A stretch of 63,914 bases of DNA, filler included, from Ministeria vibrans ATCC 50519 (GCA_943704425.1; 11 parts of 11 records of this genome joined end to end with filler, not necessarily neighbours in it); one strand, 5' to 3'; numbered from the whole stretch's first letter, positions 1-13,113 are shown. The notes: generated by a model from the sequence alone, not told the origin. Numbers and translations: made by a program.

Positions 1-99
1 AATTATTGCGCTTTTCTTATTTTTTCTGGCCATTACAATAATAATTAATATTATAATATTTTGTAGAAAATTCATGTCGCGATTAATAATCCCAACAGG

Positions 100-713
100 C
101 ATTTGGTCACTGCGGTGACGTTAATAATTATAGGCATGCAGAATAATTTAATATAAAATTCATGATCGTTATTATGCCTGTTTTTGCACAATGATTCATT
201 TCTGGGGCTGTGTTGACTCTGAAGGACTTACTGTGAAAATAATTCCGTGAAATGTGACGATTCTGGATCTTCATCTGGCAAAATGTGATGCTTCCAGATA
301 GCGAGCGTTCCATCTGCGGATCCAGTGAGATAAAAATCTCCATTTGAGGAAAATGAGACACAATTGATCTTGCTAGGGCTAAGGAGAGTAAAAAACAGCG
401 AATACAAAATAAGCCACTTGCAGATTATCAAAAGCACAATTAATTAAAAAAGAAGCAGAGGATTTGCCTCTCTTCCCCTGAAATTTGAGCAATGCACGTA
501 CTTTTCGCGCAAGGAATATCGCGTAACTACACATCTATCCTTGGTAGTAGGTTCCACTCGAGGGCGAATGTCCCACACTTTGGCGACGCCATCGTCCCCA
601 CCCGTCAATAGAACTTGCCCGTCCGGCGCAAATTTCAGCGCCCTGATTGTACTATAAACAATAATAATAATAAGAATAACAATAATAAAATAAATAAATC
701 AATAATAATAATA

Positions 714-748
<35 letters not shown>

Positions 749-1640
749 GACAGTATATTATTGTCTTGTTTTGGCATTGAGTACATCTCTCTATTCTCTA
801 TTTCGTTTCTTATTATTATTAATGGTGGTAACGAAAGGGATGAAATCCAAACTCTTCGATTCGTACCACGAATGTACAAGAGTATACAAAAGTTGCAAAC
901 TCTCATCAGCCGTACGGGTCCACACGTACGCCTTTCTCGCTTTAGTTCCAGCGGCCACCTGAAATCTTCCATCTCTGGAATCAATATCAACTGACCCGAT
1001 TGTCGTGTTGTCTCTGTAAAGTAAAACGACACGTAAGAACAGTCAATCGTTTATGATGTTCCCCGGTCTCTTACGGTGTTAACAGATGCACAGGCGAAAC
1101 CACGCTCTCACGCGTGAGGCTGTCTAAACCAATAACATTCCACAGTCTGACAGACCTGTCGGCCGATCCCGTCACCAGAGTTGCTCCATCATGAGACACT
1201 GCAATACAAGTGACACCACTACCAAACGGAGTGTAAGTAGGAAATTAATCAGTTTCAGCTTTCTTTCTAACTTGTGATGTCCCCCCCAGATAATGCTAGG
1301 AGTGTCGTTGTCAAGATATGTAATTTGGATCGTTCCATTGTTCGACCCACTTGCAACCCAGTCGTCGCTTGGACTCGTGACAATCGCATTCACCCGTTTC
1401 CTGTGCACGGCCACAGTGCCCAGAGGAAGACTCAGATGTTCGCCGTGCTCTTCGTCTACCTCACCGAGGCGGCAAACCATATCGTTATTTTCCTTTCTCA
1501 ATATGCAGGCAAACAATTTTGGGTCGTAGGGATGCCGAGAGAAAGGCACCCTCATTTTTTCTCCCTACGTAGACAAAGGATGAATAATAATAATATTGAT
1601 GCGATTCTCCTCCAAAAGAAGACAAACACAACCTGAAATA
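100..1640 (-). CDS. WD40-repeat protein, partial, multi-exon (possibly ciliary CFAP43/CFAP44-like)
   Basis: WD repeats VAVHRKRVNAIVTSPSDDWVASGSNNGTIQIT and SKINCVSFSSNGDFYLTGSADGTLAIWK; GT-AG introns; both ends missing. Confidence 0.7.
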
Positions 1641-1698
1641 TATCCCCGACGACCAAACAGTGAGTTAACAGTCTGTCGACAACAGCCAATACGTACAA

Positions 1699-1798
1699 NN
1701 NNNNNNNNNNNNNNNNNNNNNNNNNNNNNNNNNNNNNNNNNNTTAATTAATTAANNNNNNNNNNNNNNNNNNNNNNNNNNNNNNNNNNNNNNNNNNNN
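1699..1798. other. Artificial contig linker (N44-TTAATTAATTAA-N44); also at 13431-13530, 19328-19427, 21613-21712, 40223-40322, 41668-41767, 52625-52724, 55129-55228, 58025-58124, 62136-62235
   Basis: Identical 100-nt N-flanked six-frame-stop spacer occurs ten times; genes are truncated at these points. Confidence 0.97.
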
Positions 1799-1872
<74 letters not shown>

Positions 1873-1873
1873 A

Positions 1874-2692
1874 CCTGGTTCACCAACACTCCTCCTTCGG
1901 GCGTCTGCTTTGTCGTCAAATGGTTTCCCAACATCTGCCCGGCAAGCGACTTGACCTCTTCAGGGCTACACAGAATAGAACGCACAAAGAAAAGAAGTCA
2001 GAAGGAAATGAAACATGGCATCATCTGCTTGCGTACTCCTTGGTCAATTTGACGCCGCCATGGAGACCACTGGGTGCAAAAACACCCTTGCCACGGCCTC
2101 CCGCATGGATCTGGGCCTTCAGCACGAGTTCTTTCGCGTCTGAAGAAGAATCGAGAGTCAAACGAATGGGCGATCGCACAAAACATCACACACTTCTTAC
2201 TGAAGTCCTTCAGGACCGACTCGGCGGCCACCTTGGCCTCCTCTGCCGTGGTGGCCATGCGAAACCGCTGCACATTGATCCCGTGGTCGCTCATGAGCTG
2301 AAAAAGATCAGAAAATTAGACATTTCGGTGCGACACAAAAAAGAGAGCGCAGTGGCGAAAGGATCGCCATAGCACCCAATCAAGGTAGCCCGGGACGTTG
2401 CATGCATGCTACAATGAGCCACATGGCGGCAGACACACCGGCAGTGGGCAGACGGGCCCAGGGCGGGTGCGACAGTGCCTCAGCACGCTTTCTTGCGCCA
2501 AAGAGACGTTTTCACATTGCTTACCTGCTTGCTTTGGTACTCGTGAAGGTTGAGGTGACGCACAGGCTGACTGCGCGGCACAAACACCTGTTTGATTTTT
2601 TTTTTTAAAAAAGTTTTTCAGATGCAGTCAAATGAAAGGCAACTTGTATCAATGCGGCTTACGCGACGAGCGGCAACACGGAGGTGGTTCAT
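1874..2692 (-). CDS. SUCLG2: Succinyl-CoA ligase beta subunit (GDP-forming-like), 5' part, multi-exon
   Basis: Spliced: MNHLRVAAR..RHLNLHEYQSKQ..LVLKAQIHAGGRGKGVF..GGVKLTK..QMLGNHLTTKQT; truncated at the contig end. Confidence 0.88.
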
Positions 2693-2861
2693 ATCGATTC
2701 CTGGGTGATTAATTCAACGAAAAGAGTGAACAAAATTGAAAATTTAATGATCATTTTTTTATTTTATTCACCCCCTTGATCACCGCTCGCTCCATCGCTC
2801 ACGCTTCTTGTGGCCTTCTATTGTTGTGAGCAGCCCATCACTACTCATTCTCTTCCTCCTT

Positions 2862-2892
<31 letters not shown>

Positions 2893-2918
2893 ACTTGTAA
2901 TATTCGACAGTGATCGTC

Positions 2919-4319
2919 ATGTTACCAGCGGTAAGAAGAGACAAGCGATACAAACCGACTCAACAACGTTTTGCAGTGGGTTGCGCCCGTTCTGATGGTG
3001 TTTCTGGGCTGTGGCGCCAACGTCTTCTTTCTTGAGTGTATTATCAAGTAAGTGGGCAGCGGAGGGGGCACCAAGGGGCGCTGCTAATCGTGTTTGACGC
3101 AGACGCGACGTTGGCTCTGGGAATCTCGTTACCTTTGCACAGTTTCTCTTCATTTCGCTCGAGGGTCTCATTGCCCAGGGCGGCTTCAAGGCATCCAAGA
3201 TTCCCATCCAGTAAGACGCACGGTGCCGAGCGTGCGGATCGAACACGCCTGACCGGCTCCCAATGCACTTGATGTGCGCCCGTAGACACTTTCTCGGCAT
3301 GGTGGCCATCTTCTTCACTGTGAGCGTCACCAACAACTACGCGCTTGGCTTCGACATCCCTTTGCCTCTTCACATGATCTTTCGGTCGGGCTCGCTCGTC
3401 ACCAACATGCTCTTGGGTGTGCTCATCAACAAGAACAGGTGATGGATGCGGCACACAAGACACCTACCTGCTCACTCTTTGATAGATACGACATTACCAA
3501 GTACGTGTCAGTGATTCTGGTGACGCTCGGTATCTTCACGTGCACGCTGGCATCGACGCAGAGTGGCCCAGCGGCATCGGCCGACGAAGACCGCTCCGAC
3601 ACGCTGGGCATGAGCCGCTTCCTCGTTGGCATTGGCATGCTCGCCTTTGCTCTCGTCATGTCGTCCTTCTTGGGTCTCTACCAAGGTGATAGTGTGCGAA
3701 ATTACCGAGTGAGGGGCTTACTTTGTCTTTGTAGAACGGTTGTACAAGCAATATGGAAAGGACTGGCGCGAGGTCATGTTCTACTCCGTATGCACCACAC
3801 CACACCACACATGAGTCTCTCTCACCTTGTTTTCTCTCTCTTGTTTTCGTTTCTTTATCTCTTCTTTCTCTCCATGACATGCCTTTTGTTTCTATCTCTT
3901 CCCTCTCTCAGCATGCGCTGACTCTGCCCGCGTTTGCGCTCATGTGGAGCGACATCTCAAGCACCGCCGTGCGGTACACGATGCTCCCGCTCGAGCCCCT
4001 CCCGGGTCCCCTCGCCGCCCTCTCCCCCTCACCCCAACCTGTGATCTGGCTCTTCCTCCTTGGCAACGTCGTCTCGCAGTATGTCTGCATCCGCGGCGTT
4101 TTCACCCTCACGACTATCACCTCGTCTCTCACCGTCACCCTAACCCTTACCCTCCGGAAGTTTGCTTCCCTCCTCCTCAGCATCTGCTACTTTGCCAACC
4201 CGTTCACTCCACTCCACTGGCTTGGCTCCCTTTCCACCTTTGCCGGCTCCCTCATCTTCTTTGGTGTTCACAAGCACCTTTTTGCCTCCAAGACGGACGA
4301 CAAGTCCAAAGTAGAATAA
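2919..4319 (+). CDS. SLC35B4: UDP-xylose/UDP-GlcNAc transporter (SLC35B4/YEA4 family), multi-exon
   Basis: VFLGCGANVFFLE, GNLVTFAQFLFI, IPLPLHMIFRSGSL, NVVSQYVCIRGVF, LRKFASLLLSICYFANPFT. Confidence 0.9.
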
Positions 4320-4384
4320 AGAATTTCCAATTGTTTCTTGTTATGTACAGAAGGTGTGTGTGGGTGCATGGTGGGGGTTTCGAT

Positions 4385-5186
4385 TTAGAAACCGTGGATC
4401 TTGAGCTGGTCCTTCGAGGCCAGGTCGTACTTGACAAGGAACTCGCACACCTGGTTGCGCTTGTCGCCCTGCAGCTGAATCACCTCACCGTACTCTACAG
4501 GACAGAAAAACAGCATACGACGGAGATCAAAAACATATTGGAGGGCCACGGGTGCGAATACCGTCGTGCTCGATGATGGTTCCATTGCACGCAAACTCCT
4601 TCTTGAAAGCTGTGCAAAAGGCAAAATCATCAATGAGAGAGTGTATAACAGAATGAACGACACTCTTGGCGGACCTTTGACCAGCCTGGACTTGCAGTAC
4701 TCGTTGGGGATGCCCTGCACTGTTGTCAACGTCTTACGGCCCACACGCTGTTGAACGCTACGCGAGCAAGCCAAGTGGGTTCGGAGGTTTGATGAGCGTG
4801 GCAGGAAAGAGAAANNNNNNNNNNGAAAAAAAAAAAAAAAAAAGAACATTGTGAGGGGACTCAGAGAAAGCGACAGGAAGAGGCAATGGTTTGCAAGGGA
4901 GCAACATGGATGTAGGCTGGAAGGGGCACAGGGGGCGGGGGGGATGCGTTTAAGGCGGCGGGGAGGGCAGGGGCGACAGAGACGGGTCGATGCGCAGGTG
5001 AGCCAGGGCCGTACCGGACGTGGATGTAGCTGGACGAGCGGCCATCCTGCCCAGAGGAGTCGGCGAAGGGATCTGGTTCGTGGGAGGAGAGAGAGGGAGA
5101 AGGAGGAAGGAAAGGAGACGGGTGAGAATATGTCATGTTTTACAAGGAAGCATACCAAACGTAGAGAGGTTCTGGATATCAGTCAT
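4385..5186 (-). CDS. EIF1: Translation initiation factor eIF1 (SUI1), multi-exon
   Basis: MTDIQNLSTFDPFAD..YIHVRVQQRVGRKTLTTVQGI..FACNG..EYGEVIQLQGDKR..LKIHGF*. Confidence 0.95.
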
Positions 5187-5328
5187 GATGCGTGTCGCGT
5201 GTGTACGTGTGATCAAGATGAACTGAGAAAGAAATAATGTTTTTTATTTTTTTTATGTGTCAGAGTCATTCATAATATTAGAAACATGAATAATAATTAA
5301 TAGAATAAGATTCACAATTCTTTCTCTG

Positions 5329-8300
5329 ATGGACGATTCACCAACGCTGTCCCCATCGTCTTCGCCTGTGATCACAGGCGAAAGTTCTGACGATCCTGCG
5401 GCGGGTCTTGTTGCGGTTGTGCCGGAGACGCGACCAAAATTTTCTCTGGAAGATGAAATGAATGATAACAACGACGACAGCGACGACGACGACGACGACG
5501 ACGACGTTGGTGGTTACGAGGGCGGTCTTCCCGGAGCGGACATTGTTCTTGGCATTGCTGCTGCAGCAATTCGCAGTGCGCAAGTCGAAGTCGATTATGT
5601 GCCGACAAGCGTTGTTGCACCGTCGTCACCCGCGCCTGCGCCCGCCCCAGCCGTCGCCGAAGAGGACAGCGCTGTGGTCGACGACAAGGTTGCAACTGAG
5701 GCGATTGAGGATGGCGTTGAGTCGCCGCCCACGTCGCTGTCGACGGGCGACCCCTGGGTTCTCGTGACCGACGAAGACACGGAAAAAACATCCCCAAGCG
5801 ACCCCACAGCGGCCAGCACAGTCGACGCGGATGCGACTGTGCCCGTTGAAGAGGATGTTGAGCCGACGGCCGCCAGCGACTCGGAGCAACCTATTGAGAC
5901 ACTTATTGGAGAGGCGGTGAAAGATATTGTTGCTCACGAAGACCACCAAGACAACAATGGCGAGGATGACAACAATGGCGACGACAACGACGACGACGAC
6001 GACGACGACAACGACGACGACGCTGTTGAGGTGTCGTTGCCGGTACCCGTTACCGCCGATGATTACTTTGACCAGGTGCTTGCGCAGCGCATCGATGAGA
6101 TTGCACGCGAAAGCATTCTCGACGAAACGGAGCGTAACGCAAGCGAAGACAAAGTGGTCATTGCCTCGGAAATCCTCGATTTGGCCGCAGAGGCACTTGC
6201 TGCGGGTGCAGACCCCTCCACATCCATTGTGGTCGACGCAGAAGTGTCAGAGACAGAGGCGGAGGCGGAGGCGGAGGCGTTGCAGCCCAGTGAGTCAGCA
6301 GTCGAGGCGGCTGAGGCTACACCAGCAGCGGTGGCACAGTCGGAGACCGTCACGCCCCTTGACGCGACTCTCTCTGCCGCTACTACTACTTCTTCTACTA
6401 CTACGAGTACTACTACCACTACAACTACGGGGGTTGCTGATGGTACGTCTACATTGGACAACGCTGGATCAACGCTGCAATTGCGTGGCACAATCGAGGC
6501 GCAGGCACAGATTATTGCGGGTCTGGAGGAGGAGCGGGCGACGTTGCGCACTCAGCTGTACGAGGAAGGAGTGCTCAAGAACACTCTCGAGCTGGAGGTG
6601 GTCGACCTACGTGCAGACTTGCGCACGGCGGAGCGACGTGCCGAGGAGATGGAGCGACGCTCGACGGAGTCTGAGGAACGGGCGCGAGTCGCACTGGACA
6701 AGGCAGACTTCCTCGAAATCAAACTGGCCGGGACAACCCTCTCGAGTGCGACTATTGGCGATGCATCGTCGTACGAGACCATGTCGCCCCTCGACCGCAT
6801 GCTAGAGCGCACGCTCAATGAGGACAAGGCGATCATCTCGGAGAAGAAGGAGCGCCAGGTATGTCACCAGAGACATGCGTTGAAAAGAAAAAAAACAACG
6901 GTCACGTTTTAATTAATGTATCACTAGGTGCGGGAGAAACTGGAAATTGCAGAGGGACGTATTCGAGAGCTGCAAGAGCGACTGAACGACATGCAGTTTG
7001 AGCGGACCAAGACCGTGCCGGATCGAGTGCACACGCAACTGCTGCAGTTGGCGCAGCAGGAGAGCAACGAGATTAGCAAACGACTGCTCGCCGTGGAGCA
7101 CGAGAACCACACGTTGCGTCGTCGTCTAATGGACTTGGGTCTTAGTGCCGATGATGAGCTATTGCGACATCGTGATCAGGAGCGCATCAGCGCCGAGCGC
7201 AGTCGCCATGCGTGGGAGCGTGAGCGAGACCCCTGGGGAGCGTACGGACCGCGTGATGTCCATGCACCCCCACCTCACATGGCACACACCATGGGTGCCT
7301 ACGCGCCTTACGGTGCCTACCCTGGTGCGCCCCCGCCTGGCTATGGCCCACCGCCCCCCGGTGCTCCAGGCCACTATCCCCCTTACGGCTACCCCGGCGG
7401 CTACCCCGGCGACCCCCACCACGCTCCGCCGCCCGCCCCGTACGCCCCCTATGGTTATGCCCCCCCACCGGCTGTTACTGCAGCAGCCGAGTCGACATCT
7501 GCAGTTGCTCCCTTAGACGCTGTTCCCTCAAAGCGTCCCCCAGTCGGTGGTGTGGCGACGCCAGTCGTTGTTGCCGCAGCGTCAAAGCCAGCGACTGCCC
7601 CCGCTGCGGCAGTCTCAACACCACCACCAAAGAAACGCAAGCCGGCGAGCCGTCCTCAGTCGCTAGTGACCGCCGCCGAGTCCAGTGCTACGACAACATC
7701 GGCTGTCGCCCCTGCCACCACTGCTGTTGACAAGGAGGTTGCGGGTGACGTGAGCGAGACGCGTCCGCGCACAGGCTCCGTGCGGGCCATTGCCTCTATG
7801 CACGAAGAACTGACAACCACGACGAGCGTTGATCCGTCCAGCAAGAGTGCTCACCGCGTCGGTGTTGAAATGCCTGCCATGAAGGAGTTTTCCAAACGTC
7901 CTACGGACGCGGCCGACACCGCCACCCCTGACGATTTTTCTGCTGCGACAACGTCGCGCCCAACAGCACGCTTGGCTGTGCCTCTGCCCAAGATGGCGCA
8001 TCGCCGACAAGACAGTAGCGATGGGGGAGTGGACGGTGACGACGATGAGGACTGGGAGCACAGTCACGACGACGATGGCGATCGTGTGAGCACCCCTAAA
8101 GTCGGCAAAGTCAAGTCGTTGATCATGTCCATGGATTCACCCGCGCCCGAGTCTGCCAGCGCTTCCACACCTGCCCCAGAACGCCATCCTCTGGTGACAA
8201 CTGCCGCAGTCGATGATGCGACGCCCCGGTCGCCACCGACGCCCAAGCGCAAACCAGGCAAACTCAACCAGCTTCGCATGTCGTCCATTGCGCCGCCCAT

Positions 8301-10392
8301 GATGGCCGGCGGCATGCCCGGTGCAACGGGTTTGACACTGTCGCAAATCAAGAAGCAAAAGGCGGCCGCCGATGCCGCGGCAGGTGTGACTTCGGACGAC
8401 GACGACGATAATGATGATGATGACGACAACGACACAGTCATGACGACGACGATGGCGGCGACGGCGACTGCGTTGCCTGTTGGACGCATTGCAATTGGTC
8501 TTCCAATGACATCGGATCACGAAGAAGAAGTGGTGGCCGGTCCGCCACCACCGTTGCCCACGGCGGTGCTCAAGACACGTGCCAAGGGCGACAAGACCCG
8601 TCGGCGTCCGTCGCGGAAGCGCATGACCACAGGCGATGTGGCCGATGCGGCCGCGGCTATTGCGGCCCGTCGTCGCGATGGCGGTGGTGGAGGTGGAGGT
8701 GGCGATGACAACGACGACGACGAAGCGCCGAGTGACCACCACGCAAGTGATGTTGCCGCACCCCCTCCGCCCCTGCCTCTGTTTCTTCCCATGGACGATG
8801 AAGACGAGGCCGATGAAGATGACATGGCAACAGTACCCATGCCCGTATCGTTCCCTCCCTTGCCAGTGTTGCCAGGGGACGACGATGGGAGTGGCGACGA
8901 CGAAGAGGAGGACGGGGAGGACGAGGCAACTTCGTCGACGGCCGTGACCACTGCGCCCGCCATTGCTGCCATGGCTATGAAGCTGCCTCCCCCGCCACGT
9001 ACAGCGCACGACTCGGATGGCGGTGGTGTTGGCGACGACGACGACGACTGGGACGAGAACCCCGAGGCGGAGGCGGCACTGGTGGCGGAAGAGGTGGCGC
9101 GGGTGCGCCGTGCACCCGCGCCTGTTGTGACAGCGGACGAGCCGCACGAAGAAAAAGAGGAGGAGGAGGAGGAGGAGGAGGAGGAGGAGGAGGCGGTGGT
9201 GGTGGAAGAAGCACCAGCGCCGGTGGCGGAGAAGACCAAGAAGAAGAAGGCGAAGGAGGTGCCGGTGGAAGCGCCAGAGGTGGCAGTGAAGCCGAAGAAG
9301 AAGAAGAAAGAGGCGCCTGTAGTGCCCGAGCCTGAGCCGGTGGTGGAGGAGAAGCCCAAGAAGAAGAAGAAGGAGAAGGTGGTGGTGCCCGAACCGGAGC
9401 CGGAGTTGGAAGTGGTTGCACCCGAGCCGTTGAAGAAAAAGAAGAAGAAGGCGGTGGTGCCCGAGCCGGAGGCGGTGGCTGAGTCTGAAGCTGAGCCTGA
9501 GGTCAAGAAGAAGAAGAAGAAGGCGGTGGTGCCCGAGCCGGAGGCGGTAGCTGAGTCTGAACCTGAGCCGGAGGTCAAGAAGAAGAAGAAGAAGAAGGTG
9601 CCGGAGCCAGAGCCGGAAACCGAACCGGAACCGGAACTGGAACCGAAGAAGAAGAAGAAAAAGAATAGTGACGTGGAGCGGGCGGCATCGCCACCGCCTG
9701 TCGTGAAGAAAAAGAAGAAGAAGGCAGTAGCGGAGGAAGCCGAAGCGGTCGCAGCAGAGGCAGAAGCAGCAGAAGCAGTATCGAAGGGGAAGACGAAGAA
9801 GAGCAAGAAGAAGGGAGTGACGGAGGAGGCGATCGTGGAGGAGGCGGTCGTGGAGGACGAGGCATCTCCTGCGCCTGTGTCGGTGTCGTCACGGGCGTCG
9901 GGTTTGGCGTCGGCAGTCATGTCGGCTGTGATGGGTGGTGGTGGAGATGAGGCGGCAATGGGAAAGCCGAAGAAGAGCAAGAAGAAGACGGACGAGCGAG
10001 CGCGACAGGCGGCGGCCGAGGCAATGCATGGACTGAGCGCGGGCAGCCGGATGAGCGGTGCTGAGCTGGCGGGCGACGTGTCGACGACCGAGGAGGCCGT
10101 TGAGATGAGTTTTGGGTCGGATGCCAAGGGCAAGAAAAAGAGCGGCAAGTCGGGAGCGACGGGCGAGGCGGCGGCCATGTCCGCCATGATGGCGTCGTCG
10201 ACGTCGGCGTCGGCAGTGCCTTCGCGACGCAAGGTTGGCGGTCTCTTTGATGACGACGACGAAGAAGAGCCCATTGCGTTCTCGCCGAAGCAGACCAAGC
10301 TGAGCTCGGCCAAGGCGGCTCCCGCTGCTACCAAGACCAAAAAGAAGCTGAGCAATCTTTTTGATTCGGACGACGACGACATTTGGAATTGA
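5329..10392 (+). CDS. Large low-complexity coiled-coil / Pro-rich / Lys-rich protein (about 1,660 aa, two exons), candidate actin regulator
   Basis: 527-aa and 1154-aa ORFs joined by a GT-AG intron (about 6859-6927); acidic N-terminus, coiled coil, YPG-rich tract, PEPE-K6 repeats. Confidence 0.8.
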
Positions 10393-10643
10393 ATGATTGA
10401 AAAAAAAATATTATTCTGTTTTCCCATTCATTGATTCGATCAGCAAATCTCCGTTCGTATAAAAAACAGCACTTGCTTTCCAGTGAGGTAAATTGCAAAG
10501 GTTCGTCATACTCCCAGTGGGGTCTTGGTGATCTGACGAGTTAATAGTGAAGCTGTAACAGCTGTCTTGTCTAACTCAACTTGGGGCGACTCAATTATTA
10601 GAAGAAGAATTTATATTATTTTCATTTTTATTTTTATGATCTG

Positions 10644-10771
10644 ATGAGTTGGGAGGAGTCGGACGAGGATGCACTAGTGCGTTTCCAGATCGAACTTGAA
10701 TTTGTCCAGTGTCTGGCAAATCCCCATTACCTCTTTCGTACCTCTATCTCCTGTTGCTCCGTCGTCTGATA

Positions 10772-10804
<33 letters not shown>

Positions 10805-11138
10805 GCTCTCGCTCTGTTTCTCTCCCTCTCGGCTTTCCCCCTAGACCTTGCACAGCACGGGCATCTCCGCGACGAGTCCTTCATCAACTATCTCCATTAC
10901 CTGTGCTACTTTCAGCGCGTCGAGTACGCTCGTTTCATCAAGTTCCCACAATCGCTGTTTTTCCTCGCTCAGCTTCAGCACGCAGCGTTCCGCGATGCGC
11001 TCCTGAACAAGTCGGTATGTGTTCCCCACAGGCAGGAGTGCGACATGCAGTGAGAATGATACGTTGGTCGTTTTGTTGTAGAAAATCGATTTGATCGCAG
11101 AGCAGCAGTACTACCACTGGGTGGCGGCCGGCGAGTAG
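10644..11138 (+). CDS. MED31: Mediator subunit 31 (SOH1), three exons
   Basis: RFQIELEFVQCLANPHYL..FINYLHYLCYF..EYARFIKFPQSLFFL..QQYYHW*. Confidence 0.95.
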
Positions 11139-11198
11139 TGCCATTGTGCATTCGTATTATTATAAAAACACAACGCGTGTATTGTACAGTGGATGGTG

Positions 11199-13113
11199 TT
11201 AGTCGTTGAGGCGCGCAAGCACCTCGTCGGGATAGTCCTCGTCGCGCTTCTCGCGCGCCACTCGCTCGTTGACGGACATTTTGACAGCAAAGGTGAAGCG
11301 AGGAGAGACCATGGAAGGAGCAGGAGGACGCGCAGAGTGAGGAATGTGGCCCTGGTGAAGAGCAACGCGTCCCAGACGAGGACGGATCTGTGGGGAGAGG
11401 GGGGGAGGAAGGAGGGTCAACTACGACTGCACCTGTATGCAAATTATTGATAACTCACCTGACCAACGAGCTCCCACGACTCGTCGCAGTCACTGACACG
11501 GAGAGAGTCGTCGCAGTCGGAGGGGCGCTGGTAGTAGGCGGTTTCGCCGTAGTGGCGCACGGAGAGCTCGTCGTCGTCGTTGAGGTACACGAGGAAGGTG
11601 TACTCGTCCTCGTCGCGGTTGCAGTCTTCGTGGATTCTACACAGGCCCGACCTATCAGATCATTCGATACCCCTGACAAACATACCGAGTGTCGTCGATG
11701 GAGCGCACAAGGTTGACAGACACGTCGTAGGGATAAAAGGTGGTAGTGCGGCCGCGCACCACGTCGACGGTCGCCTTGACGCGGGGCCACAGCGACGACG
11801 CCGTCAGCTGGTCGACCGACAGAATGCTGATCCAGTTGACGTTGTCCGCTTCCGGGTCGCCCTGTGGCCGGTTGTCCGTCCATTGTGTGTAGTTGGAAAA
11901 CCATTCACGCATGCGCCGCGTCTCATCGGCGCTGAACAGCCCATCCTACGCAAATGTTAAAGAAAGGAGTGGGTGGCAATCAGAGAGAGAGAGAAAAAAA
12001 AACAAAGTGGTAGAGGAAAAAAACAAAGTGATAGAGAAATAAACAAAGTGATAAAAAGAGATAGAGAAACAGAGTGATAGAGAGAGAGAGAGGAGAAAGA
12101 AACAAAGTGATCAAGAGAGAAAGAAACGAAATTGAAGAGAGATAGAGCGCCAAAGTGATACAAAGAGAGAGAGAGAGGAGATAGAGAGAGAGAAAGTAAG
12201 AGAGATAGAGAGACAAATTAGTGATGGAAAGAGAGAAATAAGACAGAACGAGAGTCAAGCATATCGGTAGGCACAATCGTACAAAGACGGTAAAGTCACG
12301 TTGTTGGGAGTCGCGGTAGCGGTGCGTAATGTGATGCGGTTGTGCAAGAAGACTGTGCACCGAATCGGGGGCGACCTCGTCTAGAAGAGGAAAGCCGCCA
12401 AAGTGCGTGGTACGACGCTCTGTGTCGCGTCTCTGTGTGTAGTCGTGTGCCAAGGTGCGTGCTTGGCGCACACAGCGGAGGTTGCGAGTGACGCGGATGC
12501 GCAGAACATTTTGCAGCTTGCGAGTGAGCACGGACGATGGACGCAGCGCAAAGGATGCGTGCGTCGGAAGCACCACTGCACGACCAAGACGGGGGGTCAC
12601 GGCGCGCTCAACGTCGCCTGTGGTTGCATTGTAGAGAACAAATTCGCCATAGAGAAGGGATGCGTCCCACTGAACATTCGCAAAGAGTAGCACTTCCGCT
12701 GTGGCACTGCAAGGCGCTGCGACCGGACCGCGCACGGTCTCGACTTGGTCTGCGGCTGCCCAGGTGCGCGTCGGAGTGAGATCGCCGCGCCGATAGCGCT
12801 CAACAGCGGCAGTCAGTGCGAAGAATTCTCCGCTTGCGCTGGTGTCGCCCGTCACAGCTCGCAGTGCGTCCACGACGGCCGGGCGCCTTAAAATCTTGCC
12901 CAAAAGAGACTCATCGTCAACCACAAGGGTCCAGGGAGCAGCGTCGTCGCGTAGCTGAAAGCGCCAGTGCGACGCTTCCTGTGCGAATCGTTCCAACTGA
13001 CGAACTGTGCTCGCGCTCATGGCATTGTCCACGACAACCAGAGACGGCGCTGACGACGCCTGTCCTATGGCCGACTCGGTCGCCAGAGCCAGGAGAATTA
13101 GCGCCACGAACAT
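11199..13113 (-). CDS. Secreted tandem 2OG-Fe(II) oxygenase (prolyl-4-hydroxylase-like), multi-exon
   Basis: Signal peptide MFVALILLALAT; second domain IHED..YTFLVYLN..PRLGRVALHQGHIPHSARPP..RFTFAVK; first domain has the related motif PRLGRAVVL. Confidence 0.75.

Noticed and set aside
1743-1754. Recurrent TTAATTAATTAA as a biological repeat or piggyBac TTAA target site
   Set aside because: Always centred in 44+44 Ns; a synthetic concatenation spacer
8517-10427. 636-aa antisense ORF and similar long opposite-strand ORFs
   Set aside because: Shadow frames of GC-rich, repetitive coding sequence
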